The notes under the pieces: generated by a model
The model's database searches: none
What the model was told of the DNA's origin: nothing
The model's input: only the letters and a program-made list of their open reading frames with translations
Position numbers and translations under genes: made by a program
Assembly (NCBI RefSeq): GCF_018977255.1
Contig: NW_024704742.1
Coordinates: 112,222,001-112,286,000 of the forward strand
Reading direction: 5' to 3'
Length of the DNA stretch: 64,000 nucleotides
From: Callorhinchus milii
Taxonomy: Eukaryota
Shown: in pieces, positions 28,590 to 41,482 of the stretch
Numbering within the stretch: the stretch's first letter is position 1
Layout: every line of letters starts with the position of its first letter

Positions 28590-29228
28590 GCTGTTGGAAA
28601 GCATATGGGATCCCTGACTTTAAAAAAGAGGCATAGAGTACAAAAGCAAGGAAATTTTCCTAAACCTTTATAAGTTACTGGCTAGGTCTCAGCTAGAGTA
28701 TTGTGTATTGTGTCCAATTCTAGGCACCACACTTTAGGAAGAATATCAAGGCCCTGGAGAGGGTGCAGAGGAGATTTACCAGAATGGTCCCAGTAATAAG
28801 GGTCCAGTGATGAGGGACTTTTGTTATGTGGAGAGACGAGAGAAGTTGGAATTGTTCTCCTCACAGCAGAGAAGGTTAAGGGGAGATTTAAAAGAGGTGT
28901 TCAAAATTATGATGGGTTTTGATAGAGTAGATGGGGATAAACTGTTTTCACTGGCAGGTTCGGTCAGTAACCAGGAGACCTAGATTTAAGATAATTGGCA
29001 AAATTATTTTACACAGAGTTGTTACTGGAATGCACTGCCTGAAAGGATGGTGGAAACAGATTCAATAACACCTTCAAAAGGGAATTGGATGGGTACTTGA
29101 AATGGCAAAATTGCAAGGATATGGGGAAAGAGCGGGGGAGTGGGACTGATTGGGTAGCTCTTCCAAAGAACCCGCACAGGCACGGTGGGTCAATTGGTCA
29201 CCTTCTGTGCTGTAATATTCTATGATTT
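28590..29228 (+). mobile_element. CR1 LINE 3' RT + UTR
   Basis: cagctagagtattgtg, ALERVQRRFTRM, RRLRGDL; ends attctatgat. Confidence 0.88.
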
Positions 29229-29644
29229 GTACATTTATTCAGAGATACCAATGGTGACGTAAAGCTATCGTGGCTTCGCAGACAAATTGTCGCTGTGCCT
29301 TTTTGTGATTTTACTATGTTTTAAACACTCATTAATACAGTAATTAATTTATTCTTTGTGGTAAATTGGAAAATTTGGGCAAAATATTCTCATTGCTCTT
29401 AGCATATAAGAGTGCCCTCTGTTGGCTGGTGACTTGTCAGTTTTGCTGGGACTCGCAATAACTTTCGATGCTGTTTAACAAACAATAATAATAATCCTTG
29501 CGTTTGATTTAGTCCCTTATCATGTCTTTGAGATGTCTCAATGCGCTTCACAGAATATACTGTAAAGTGAATTGACTGTATTTTGTTGGTGAATTAATTG
29601 CCTGAGCTTGACTTTATAGTCTCTAATAATATTTCTTGCATCTA

Positions 29645-30082
29645 CTTCAGTTATCAGGCGAGGCTAGAGAAGCTAGGATTATTCTCCTTGGAATAGAGAA
29701 CGTTTAAGAGAAGACTTAGTAGAAGTTTTCAAAATTATCAGGGGATTTGATAGAGTGAATAAGGAGAAACTGTTTCCACTGGCGCAAGGGTTGGTAACCC
29801 GAGGGCACCAATTTAAAATAGATGTTAAAAGAAACAAAGGGGAGGTGAGGAGAAATTTTTTCACACAGTAAGTTGTTCGGATCTGAAATGCATTGCCTGA
29901 AAGGGCAGTTGAAGCCGATTTTGTAACAACTTTTAAGAGAGAAGTAGATAATTATTTGGGGAGAACAAGTTTGCAGGGCTATGGGGAGAGAGGGGGGGAA
30001 TGAGACTGATTTGGATAGGTCTTTTCAAAGAGCCGACACAGACAGAATGGCCTCCTTATGTGCTGTATAAATCTGTGATCTG
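29645..30082 (+). mobile_element. CR1 LINE 3' end
   Basis: RLEKLGLFSLE, TRGHQFK; close to the 61840-62270 copy. Confidence 0.88.
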
Positions 30083-30382
30083 ATAAAGCACCATATGTCG
30101 TTGAGACGTCTTGCAGGATATACTGTAAAGCAGTGTGACTGTATTTTGTGTGTGCAACTATCTTCTTTTTAATAGTGCCATGGGGTCTTTCACGTCCACC
30201 TGGACAGGCAAACGAGATATTGGTTTAATGTCTCATCCAAAGCTTGGCACCTCTGACAATTCAGCACCCTCAGCACTCCATTGAAGTGTCATCTTATACT
30301 ATATTAGTTCCAAGGCCCAATGTGGGTCTTGAACCGACAACCCTCTGACTCAGAGGCAATAGTGCTACCAACTGAGCCAGGA
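30083..30382 (-). mobile_element. DeuSINE copy
   Basis: aatagtgccatggggtctttcacgtccacctg, head gtgctaccaactgagcca. Confidence 0.8.
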
Positions 30383-30574
30383 CGCAGTGTTGCTGTCCTT
30401 CAAAAATTGTACAATTTGATGAATTACAAAAAAAATTCCAGTAACACGATTAATGTTTAAAACCATACTAGTTGATAACAGGAAAAACCAACAGGTATGT
30501 AATTGTTCCATATCCACAGCTTGGTATGTTTACACCAATGCTGTTGTCCCTCAATTAACTCTTGGCCTTGGCTA

Positions 30575-30980
30575 TTCTGTGGATTCTTTCCACTCAGCTC
30601 CTGTTAACCTTGCAAGCCTAAAGTCTAATGGATAGGTGGTCCTAGCTAGACAAGCAGTGAGAAATGATTTAGACAGTGCTCTCGTTGGCAAGCTATGTGT
30701 TTTTAGCTGGTCATCTGTTCCTAAACTCTTAAGTATTCCAACCCACACATTGGAGTCCCCAAGCCTTGACTCTTGCCAAACTGCACCAAGTACTCACTGG
30801 ATTAGACAAATTAGGAGTGTCTCTCTTGGAAGAAAGTACGCATTCCATTGCAGACGCACAGAAATGTTCATGCGCAATGGCTTACATATGAAGATCTCCG
30901 CCTATTTTGGATATTCTAAACATAGTGGTGGGTTTTTGTATGTGTCAGATATCCAACTAACCAAAAAAGATTTATAAAAA
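30575..30980 (+). repeat. Unclassified dispersed repeat family X, copy 4
   Basis: cagctcctgttaaccttgcaag, ggcaagctatgtg, ctcttgccaaactgcacc, ends ctaaccaaaaaa. Confidence 0.8.
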
Positions 30981-31171
30981 CGGCATCATAGCCATGGATT
31001 GACCAGGATAATATTATAAATGGCCGTTTTCTTTTCCCTTCATTGTTTAAAACTTGAAAGTCAGTAGTTTAATAGATCTAGTATGGATTTTAGTTCTTTT
31101 TTTAAAAAAGTTAACATTTTATATCAATTAATTTTAAAAAGGTGTTCTTTTATGTGTGTTTCTTACAATAG

Positions 31172-31449
31172 GTGACCAGTCCTGGGCTGTGCTCTCAAAT
31201 TCTTCTGATGTATCTCCTACGGAGACGATTGCAGCAACCAACCTGATCACCTCAGCTCCCCCTACTATTAACGAAAGCAAGAAGCTGACTGTTGCACAGA
31301 TAACAATGGCTCTGGGTGGCCTGCGGAACGTTTTTACTCCTCTTCTCTTCCGAGGCCTACTCTCCTTCCTTGCTTGGTGGATTGCAGCTTGCCTGTTTAC
31401 CACAAGTCTTTTTGGTCTTTTCTATCATCAGTACCTAAAAGTCGCATAA
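31172..31449 (+). CDS. TMEM161B: TMEM161B last coding exon, GDQSWAVL...LFGLFYHQYLKVA*
   Basis: cttacaatag acceptor, phase 1, TAA at 31447-31449; conserved C-terminus FTPLLFRGLLSFLAWWIAAC. Confidence 0.95.
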
Positions 31450-34400
31450 GTGACCAGCATAATGTCAAAAACTCTTCCAGATCTAAACCTAAAATTAAAG
31501 CCACTTTATTGGGGGGCTGGAACAAAAAGAAAACTTAAACCATTGGGAAAAAGCATATTGCTAAAATGCAGAGCACAGATCAACCTGCTCATTTTAGATG
31601 CTTCCTGTGGTCCTCAGGGTGAATAAATGTCTTAATAATTTTAAAATAATGAAAGTTATAACAGGAATAATGTCATGTTTCTAATACCATGGGCAGACCA
31701 CGTATTACTGGTTTCTGACAGAACTTTGGGATTTCGGGAGGTTAATAACAAATGGTAATTTCCCTAAATGGGTAAACAAGCAGACTGGGGAATAACAGTA
31801 AAACTGTGAACAGGATTAAATGATCCTATTGTAAAATTAATTACCATCTTTAGTTTAGTTTGTTTTGCATATAATGTGAAATTACAGTTAGTCAGAATTT
31901 AAAATGCATATTATAACTAAACAAAGATAAATTAGAGTAATATTTGCCTCCTTAAATATGTTTAGCTTTGCAATATGCCCACCTTTAAATTCTGGCTAGT
32001 ATATACAGTTTGATTTGGATCCTATTATTTGCCAGCACATATGCAAGTCAGTACTTTGATCCTGGTTCTTGGGTGGAAAAGAGTAGTCGTGGAAACACTG
32101 AGATGATTGCTGGAAAAATGACTCCAGCCTCAAGTGTAAATGGGACCTTAGTCTGCTAACTTACCAGTTCTAACCCATGGAATTTCAAATATGTATTGAG
32201 AATTGGCTTTTAAATGCTTATATATTTGTGGACGAAGTGATGTTGAGCAAATCCAGTTTTAACAAAAACATTCTATTGGAGTCTTGACATTAACTGAGCC
32301 ATATGTGGGGAAAAAAGTGTTTTTTTGTTTGTTGGGCAATCCGGCAATTTTTACTGTGAAGATATCTTTGCAGCTGGAGTATGAATATAGCTACTGTATA
32401 TTACAGTAAAGTTAATATTTCAGTTCTTTGAGGGAACAAATTGCTTTGATGTGTTGTGGCGTTTGCTGAAAAACAGTTGTCCAGTTGCTTGAGGTTAGAC
32501 ACTTAGAGCATGACATTTTAGTTTTTATTTTAGCTTTGTCCAAAAAGTCCTGGAGTTTAATGGGGCTATAGTTCCCAGAACATCACAACATCTATGGAGA
32601 AAGCACATTTCATAATGCACAACACCAATACATGTGCTAGATGCAACAAAAACAATAATTTATCAATAATATCTCCGAAATCCACTTACCTATCAGTTGC
32701 TGTTGACTTATTTTATCCCAATGCTGTAAAATCTTGTTTTCCACAATGAAATCTGCTACCAAGTTTTGATTAAACATTCTTGTGGTCAGAAATTCACAAC
32801 AGTACAAAGCAAACTGTTTTAAATATTATATATATATATATATATATATAAAGATAAGGTAAGGCAGACTTGATTGACAAAAGGTCTCCAGTTATTGAAA
32901 ATAATGAACTTTTGTAGTAATTGCAGTGGGGTTTGGTCAGTTTAGAAATGCCCATAGTGAACATATAATACCATAAACACTCAACACTAACTTTTTAAAA
33001 AAAGCAAACTAGATGTTATTTTCAGGGTAATTTAAGCAATCAACAGCCGTATTAAAAAACACAAGTGATTCAATTTTCTCAGTATTATGTTTCATTTCAG
33101 CAGATGGTGTGATTTCAATTTTTTTTACAGCATCCCCAAACAGTAATGTTTTGAGCAAGTTTTGCTTTTTATGCTTTTTTAAAAATTTTGTTTTACTTGT
33201 AAATGTGGTGCAGAACAAAAACTAGGCATGTGAACTCATTCAATGCTTTGAGTTTAGGGGGAAAGCGTGCAACTACATTTAACTACATAAACAATTGAAG
33301 GAGATACTGCATATCCTTTAGCAGTCTTGAGTTGCAGGTTTTAATCCAGTTTGCCAAGGACATTCAAATAACAAATTCACTTCAAGCTTCCAATAATCCT
33401 ATTGGATTTTGACATTCATACTGCTGTAGATTTGTGTACAGCATCTCAAGATAGCTAAGGAAAATCTGAAATCCAGGGGAAAATGCAGAATTGTTGCTTT
33501 AATATTTTTCCGATGTAAAGAATATTTTTTAGATAGCACAATATCAGTGGGTGGTAACTGTCAAATTTTCAATTTTTAAACAATACTTTCTTTAAGCGAT
33601 ACAATTCCCATCTTATTAACCCATTTACAGTTGTACGTCATAATGGAACATTGTCCAACAAGTAACAATCTGTCACATCGGTTTATCAGTTTGTTTTCAC
33701 ATAATAGCTTTTGAATAGACCAAGGAAGCTGATTTTGTGCCATTTTATAATAAAGCTTGTTTGGGTGTTAAACAAATGATGCCCAGTTGCAATTGTTGCT
33801 AAGTTGATGTAGGTGGATGCATGTTGCTAAGCAGATGTCCTTTTTGTGTACTTTAAAAGTATGTTATAATGTCTCCCTCTTTGAATATGACTGATGTACA
33901 GACATCATAACTTTGAAGATAGTGTCATAAGTCTTGATGTATTTTTGGCCGTACTTGTCATCAATACAAAATGGCCTGTGATTGTATTGATCTTAAATCT
34001 TCATTGTCCTGATTGGTTCTTGTTCCTGTCAATAATAGAAATGGACAAAAAACACTGTAATAGTAAATCCTTTCAATTATTATCAGTGTGCCAGTGCAAA
34101 GTTAAACTGATGAGCCTTTTGGATGGATACAGCTTCCTCCTGCTCGTCTGTTCAGATTGTGAATAATTCAATACTGGCAGAGCTTGCAACTGTGAAGGAT
34201 CTTGCGGTACTTTTAACAGCACCTCTAGCTGAGGAGGCACTGGATGATCATGAAATGGTCAAGCTACCTCATAATAACACCCAGTTCAGTGGTGATGTAT
34301 GAACAGGAGGAAATTGCCTTTTTAATCAGCCCAGGTCAGCATTGATCTCTACAACTACAGTATTTTAAAATAAGCAAGGCATCAGAGAAAAAAGATAAAA

Positions 34401-35547
34401 TAAAACTAAATGATGCTTTTTGTAAAAGTTCTCCGAGATGCAATCCTTCTCCCCCTACCCCCCCCACTTCCATCAAAATGGCTTTTGTTAAGTCATTTGT
34501 GATGGTAAAGTTTCTTGTACACCGTAGCATGCAAAAGTAAAATCTTCTCTGCAACTTGAACTGAGGTGTATTTGCTAAACTCACATGGTTTATAATTAAA
34601 ACTGCTAACAGATTCATGAGTTTTCTGGTATACAAACGGAGCATTACTTTTGGACAGGTTCATATCTGAATTTGTTCACCTAGTATCCAGGAGATCACAA
34701 ATGTAAAATTCTGGGAGAGCATTTAAACATTCTTAGTTTTGATTTGTAGGCTTCACATGTTATGTAATCGGGTAACATACGGCAAATCCATTGCCAGTAA
34801 TAGATGTCCGAGGCCTTTCTAAAGAATTGTACAGTTGCTCTTGATGTTTGGTTAGTGCCATATTGCCCTCCAAGGACTTGTGGCCTTTTTTGTAAATCAA
34901 TGTTGATTTGAACACAGCACAAAACATTATTTATTTCATATATAGATGGCTCTTTGCTTGGTATGGTAATAAGAAATGTGTTGCAATAAAACCAATCTAA
35001 ATTGGTCACCTTGGAGACTAACGTAAATGAGTTGCTAAAAACTGATGGCCTTTGAATCTATGTAACAGATACTTAAGTATTATGCTGTAGATCCAACCAC
35101 AGTGGCAGCAATGAATAATGATCATAATGGTATTGAAGATGGCTGGCTTAATCCACGTTCATCTACCATTTAATTATACAGTATTTGATTGCATGTGACT
35201 GATAGTAGGTTAAAGAAAAATTCTCTTGAAATTGTAGTTGAACAAAAGGCTTGAGCATCAATTCACATGGGCAAGATGTACAGTCTTATTTTAATCAGCA
35301 CAGCTTGCTTTTATTTTCCTTCCTCCAACCTCAAATTCAACTGAAGACATCTTTGTAGAGAATTTCTACATGATTTAGGATGGCTTCTACTTGCTATAAT
35401 GTGATAATTTTAGTTTTTTATATAAATACGTTTTAGATATTTTAGATAATCTCCCTTTTTCTGTCCCACCCTTTTTCATATCCTAGTGTGAATCACTATC
35501 AAATCAAGGTGACTTGAAAGTCTAGTTTCATTGTAACACATAATAAA
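31450..35547 (+). promoter_or_regulatory. Putative 3' UTR with candidate poly(A) signals
   Basis: AATAAA at 31622, 33749, 34985 and 35542 in a repeat-poor AT-rich stretch after the stop; which one is used cannot be read from DNA. Confidence 0.5.
32827..32850. repeat. (TA)n microsatellite
   Basis: Direct read. Confidence 0.9.
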
Positions 35548-36209
35548 GCCAAGTTTAAGTATGGTGTAGTTATTTTTAAAATTATATTACCAAAGATTAT
35601 CTTATGAATCATTTCACTTTTATATGTAAATTATTCTTTCCTGTACATGTGCATGTTTTAGAATGTGATTGGTGAAGTTGTAACAAAGCAAATTTTATGT
35701 TTAACAAATTGTATTGAAATAATCTTGTCAGAGTGCAGTGGCAATGCCTATTTCATCCCATGTTTTATCGAATAACTGAAAGATTAGATTGTGTACTTAG
35801 AGCATTGATTAAAATATATGGCAAAAAATCTGATATCTTTTGCATACGCAACATATCTGTCATTGAAGAAATCACTAGAGAGCAATGGATATGTTCTTGA
35901 ATTGTATGTACAATATAAATCTTCAGATGACTATTGTAACTGCTTTCATCTACAGCTTTCAGAAAGTGAAAAGCTTTTACATGACTAAACTCTGAGGTAA
36001 AGATATAGTGATCAGGAATGCTTTTCTGAAAGTACAGAAGTGCATAGTGTGTATATGATGATATTTTCAGGTTTTATTTTGGTATCTAATTTTGAAATTC
36101 AAGGAGGAGCATAGATTATTATCTCCATATAAATATACAGTCAAACACTACAGAATACAGTGTTGTTCAGAATTTATACAGGAATACAGTACATATTGAA
36201 TAAATATTC

Positions 36210-36294
36210 GGGTCATGGACCCGAAACGTTGACTTACTTTCCTTTCTCCATAGATGTTGCCTGACCTCCTGAGTGTTCCCAGCGACCTTTGTTT
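36210..36294 (+). mobile_element. 85-bp Penelope-like (pLTR-derived) insertion with 14-bp TSD
   Basis: TTGAATAAATATTC at 36196-36209 and 36295-36308; insert gggtcatggacccgaaacgtt...tctccatagatgttgcctgacctcctgag. Confidence 0.75.
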
Positions 36295-36480
36295 TTGAAT
36301 AAATATTCAATAGGTTTAGATTGCGATCAGTTTTTTCAAATCTGTTTAGTGGGAAAGATGATATGACTTGCATGTAACAGTCAGAAATAACTTAAGATGC
36401 TCAAGCTAATATATATTAAAATATATATCTCCATTTTATTTTCCATATTATAGAAAGTCCCCATATCCTTTATATAATAT

Positions 36481-36997
36481 AGAGGCGCTGGAGAAGGTGC
36501 AGAGGAGATTTACAAGGATGATACCATAACTGCAAGGTTATACCTATCAGGAAAGGCTGAACAGGCTTGGACTCCTCTCTTGAAAAGAGAAGGGTGAGGG
36601 GTGACCTCATAGAGGTCTTTAAAATTATGAAAGGCTTTGATAGGGTGGACGTAGAGAAGATGTTTCCATTTGTGGGGGAGACCAAAACCAGGGGCCATCA
36701 ATAAATAATAGTCACCAATAAATTAAATAGGGAAGTCAGAAAAAACTTCTTTACCCAGAGAGTGGTGAGAATGTGGAACTTACTACCAGAAGGAGTAGTG
36801 GAGGCAAATAGCATTGATGCATTTAAGGGGAAGCTAGTTATGTACATGAGGGAGAAATGAATAGAAGGTTATGCTGATAGGCTTAGTTGAGGAAGGGAAG
36901 CAGGAGGCTCAAGTGGAGCATAAACACCGACATAGACCAGTTGGTTCTATACCCAGAAATGTCTGTTTCTGTGTTGCATATTCTATGTAATTCTATA
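36481..36997 (+). mobile_element. CR1 LINE 3' end
   Basis: ALEKVQRRFTRMIP, RGDLIEVFKIMKGFDRVD; attctatgtaattctat terminus. Confidence 0.88.
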
Positions 36998-36999
36998 TA

Positions 37000-37565
37000 A
37001 GGTGGGGCCTGCCCTAACTGACTCCAAGGTGGCAATGTTTGGCAACAGAATTTCATCGAGCCAACCCTCTGCGGCAGTCTCAGTCGTCCAGTTCCTGAGC
37101 AAGGGTACTGCTGATGACAGCACAGGCAGTTAGACTCATTGGCAGGATTTGGATGGACAAACTAGTCACTGGGCGCAGGAACTCTTTGCAATCAGCTTCC
37201 ATTAACCTTGCAAGTTGAAGCCCTAACTGGTAGTGTGGTCCTCACTGGCAAGCAGTGGGAAAATTTGCCAGACAGTGCCCTCAATGGCAAGCTATGTAGT
37301 TTTACCTGGATAGACTCCAGCAGTATTCCAAAGTATACTCTGGGCTCCCTAAGCTTTGGCTCTTGCCAACCTGCACCAAATTAGGTAAGTAGGATGTGTC
37401 CCTTCAGGGAGAGAGTGCACATTCCATTTCAATAAACATCTCTGGAATTTCCATGTAAAGGTGAGATGTATGAGATTCTTAGTTTGGTTTGGATACTCTT
37501 AAGTTTGGTGATGGGTTTCCACAGGTGTCAAGACATCAGGCTGACCAAACCAAATGATTATTAAA
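37000..37565 (+). repeat. Unclassified dispersed repeat family X, copy 5 (longest uninterrupted)
   Basis: Aligns with the copies at 5745, 20025, 25385 and 30575. Confidence 0.8.
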
Positions 37566-40199
37566 GGTCTGTTCTGTCCAATCTGAAAAGTATTCACCAG
37601 CTTCTTTATAAATAACAATGCAGTGGCTACAGAGATAAAAGTATTAAAACTTATTGTGGCCAGCCAAATACAATATAATATTTGATGCTGTGACGATTCA
37701 AATAGAAAACTTGATGGGTCTTGTGAATGACTAACTAAATTGCACTAAATCCATTATATATTTTGTGCAATAAGCTTTGTGAACCCTTGAATAGAATATC
37801 ATGGGTACATTTCAAATGCGAGATACATTGTTTTTCATGCAAAACACGCAATGCAGAATTTAAGAACTTATTTTAAAAGGCTAATCTTAGACATTCAACC
37901 ACTTGTTGAACTAGATGTTCCACCAGAGCTGTAAAAACATGTGTATTTGTAAAGACTACTCCACCACCCCCAACCATGTCTATTACATTTTTAGACTCAC
38001 TGAGAGGTGCCAACCTCATTTACAGTATTTCCTGATTAATTGCAACTCTGGCCTAAACTGTATCTGGCCTATAAAGAATAGTATTGATAAATAAATGTAC
38101 CTTGTTCTGACCTAACCATCAACACCGAGGTTGTGTACAACATAAAAAAAAACATTTAAAAAAAATATAAGAGTAATACATTTTCTTCAATGTAAACTTG
38201 TTGCCTTGTGAACATCATACAAATTGGTATTGCATTTAAATTTTTAAGAATGTGATTATTGAGGACTATTTAAATTTTGTTCCTCAGACTTTAAAGTTTG
38301 CACTTCATTTAGGATAACTTGCTATTCTAGGATTTATTTTATTATGTGCAGGTTTTATGTTCAAAACTATTGATTTATTTTTACATATCTATTGAGTGAC
38401 GTGCAGTGTGGTCCTGTAAAGATTTTAAGCATTCTATCAAATGCTTGGTAATTTTGTATGTTTAAAACCAATAACAGTGATCAAGATGCAGGGACAATGA
38501 ATATAACATGACCACCTAAGTTATGAGGTGTATAAGTGAAAAAGGCCATCATGAATTCTTTGTCCATTGTTTTGTATTCTATTCATAATACAGATTTCTA
38601 AAGCTAAATAACTGCCATTAAAATGTATTTAACAATGAATGACGTTAAACAATTTGGATGGAAGGAAATGCAGCTTCTTTAGGACATAAGGATTGTTTTG
38701 TATCAAAAGTGATAATTCAACAGATCAAATGCAATGGACAAGTTTATTCTCATTAGTGATGAATAAGTATGTTGTCAAGTATAAACTAAGTATGTTACTG
38801 CAAGGCCCTTTATTGCACATGGTGAGTTGAGAACATCTGCTCTACAGCTAGCATAAATCATGATGCTATGTGAACAAAGTTTGAATAATTGCATGTGCAT
38901 TTAGAAATGTATTTAATTCCACAATACATGTGCAAAGAGAGTTATTTGTGGTGTTCTAATGTACTGTGCTGTTAAAGCCATAAAGAACAAGTTGGTGATA
39001 AGTTTTTTTACCGAGGCTTTCATTATTAAATATTGGTTTATAGAAAACAAAACTCACCAACCAGAGTTTATTGTTAAATCTATGTGTACAAATGCATTTC
39101 AACTTTATTTTTTGATATATTGTCCATAGGAAACAGTTCTCATCAAAAACTGTCAAACAGGTAGCATAGTACTGAGACCGCTTATTTACAATCAGAGGTT
39201 ACAATTTGAAATATTTCTTCCAGATGCTAGAATATTACCAGGCTTTGTTGATTTTGATAGTTCCCATCTGAGTCATGGGAGTAAGAACTGCCCATCTTGC
39301 CACTGTACAATTGTGCTTGTAATCATGGCCTGGAGCAACATTATCAGAAATTTGAGGTTCTGCAGCTCACACCTTTCATTGAGAGCAATAGAGAACACAT
39401 GCATAGGAGCAGAAACATGTTTAATAGAATAAAATGTTTGTTGCACAGTGACCCTGTGGAGCACTTGATTGTTAACCAGAAGGTTCTAAGATTTTGCCTG
39501 CATAACCCTTCATTTAACTCCCATTGCGTTTTAGAATTTAATTTATTTTCATTTGGGACATTGCTATGTGCAAATTGACTGCTACGTTCGCCTGCAAAAT
39601 ACATAATCACTCCATATCAAATTAATTTTTCCAAAATAAGTGAGAGCTCGCGCTGGTCTTTTCAATTTTCAAATAAGTAATTCTGAGTAGGGGTTAACAA
39701 GAAGGACATTTCACATTTGGTGCATGACCAAAGGTTCCTACAATATACCCTCACATTTTTCTGCACTGCTGTTTGGCCTGATGCAAGAAAAAAATACTTC
39801 TACTCTTAATATTTTTGTGCTTTTAAATACAAAATGTGCAACATGTAATTTGGGTGTGAATGTTGTGTTTTGTCAAACCACCATTAGATTGTGCCTTTTC
39901 CTACTTTGACTGCCAGGTGCAACATTGACTATTACAATGTATTTTGATCATATTTTTGGTAATCTGGTTGTGTGAGATTTGTATAATACATGGATATGAC
40001 CAAACATGCATGTTTTTAAAGAAATCAAAATAACGTACATAGAATGGTGTTGAAAAACTGCTGTTCAAACTTAGCATGTAACTAAATAAAATTATGATAC
40101 AACCTCTGGTCAATTTTGTTATAAATGCACTTAAGAAGCCACAATTGCTAAGTTAATTTAATATTGTGGTTTACCCTTTTGTTATTGAACATTACTAGC

Positions 40200-40630
40200 A
40201 TGTGTGACAGATCGTGAGAGGTTTGGATTACGGAGGCCTTTCAACCCATTTAATCTCATCCTACTGGAATACTAACTCTACCATCTTTGCATTACAAAAT
40301 AAAACCGCGTTTTAGCAGTTCAACCTCCCTTCCTCGTAACCCATTACGGTTTTTGATTACACTTTGCATAAAGAAAAAATTCCTGGTACCTGTCCTACAC
40401 TTGTTCTTTATGATCCTAAAACTTTTGTATTTGTGTCCTGATGCTTTGGTCTGACTATCTGAAAATATTTATTTGGATTTACTTTATCTATCCCATTTAA
40501 TATATTATCTCAGCAAAGTACCCATTGAGATATCTCTTCAAGGCTGAAGCAATCTAGTTTGTCAAGTATTCTTCAGAACCCCTTCCTTTAACACTTAAGA
40601 ATCAGCTTTGTTGCTTTCCTCTCCACTATC
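40200..40630 (-). mobile_element. Old CR1 3' fragment
   Basis: ggaggcctttcaacccat UTR motif and degenerate RT C-terminus on minus strand. Confidence 0.6.
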
Positions 40631-41309
40631 TTTAGGATCCTCAGCAAACCTCTTATTAAAGGGATTGAGAAAGTCAATCCAGAACAAGACTTTCAGATAC
40701 ACCAAAGCAGCAGAATAAGAGGGCACAGTTCAGGGCTGCAACGAAGAGCAATATCGGGAAAGATGCCAGAAATTATTGCCTTTGTTTGGTTCCCAGGAAG
40801 GATCATTGAAATCAGGAAACGACTGATTTAAGAAACGGATTGATGCTGTAATGGGAAGACAGTAGGGTGGGTATTCTGGAAACATTAGATCAAATTGGTC
40901 TTCATCCAAACCTCATGATGTGGTACATTGTCAAAGCCATCTTGGAGTCTAGGTACAGAATGTCATATGGCTTCCCACTTTCAAATTGGAATATAGGGAT
41001 AGTTAAAATCTATCCCTACTGATGCCATGTTAGCCATCATTTTTATGTTATTTTCATGCAGAAAATCTTCTATTTTGCATCTAATATTGATTCCTTTAGG
41101 GAATAACTCAATAACACCTTGCTAAATCCTTGCAACTATTCAGGCTGTAGACCAGATTTTTTGGTGCTTATATGATTGATTGTATGGCTTTATCAACAAG
41201 TAAATGCATATGCCTAAGGTTATGTATGATCCTTGATCTTTTCCATAGTCGGTGGATTCCATCGCTACTGGGCATGGTTGAGCATAAGAACAATAAATCC
41301 ATAACATTT

Positions 41310-41482
41310 CCCTCTCCCTCTCCCCTCCCCCCTCACCATCTCCATCTGTCTTCAACTTGGGTCTTAAAACCTCACCTTTAGTCATCCCCTTTCTCCAGCC
41401 CCATCCCGGTCCAAAACTCGTCCTATAAAACATTCTGAGACGTTATTCTCTGAAAGGCGCTATATAAATGCAACTAGTTGTT
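41310..41482 (+). mobile_element. L2 3' tail
   Basis: tcttaaaacctcacctt...gaaaggcgctatataaatgcaa. Confidence 0.7.

Noticed and set aside
28455..28620. C/D snoRNA (ATGATGA near 28462)
   Set aside because: The nearest CTGA is ~150 nt away inside a CR1 fragment and there is no terminal stem.
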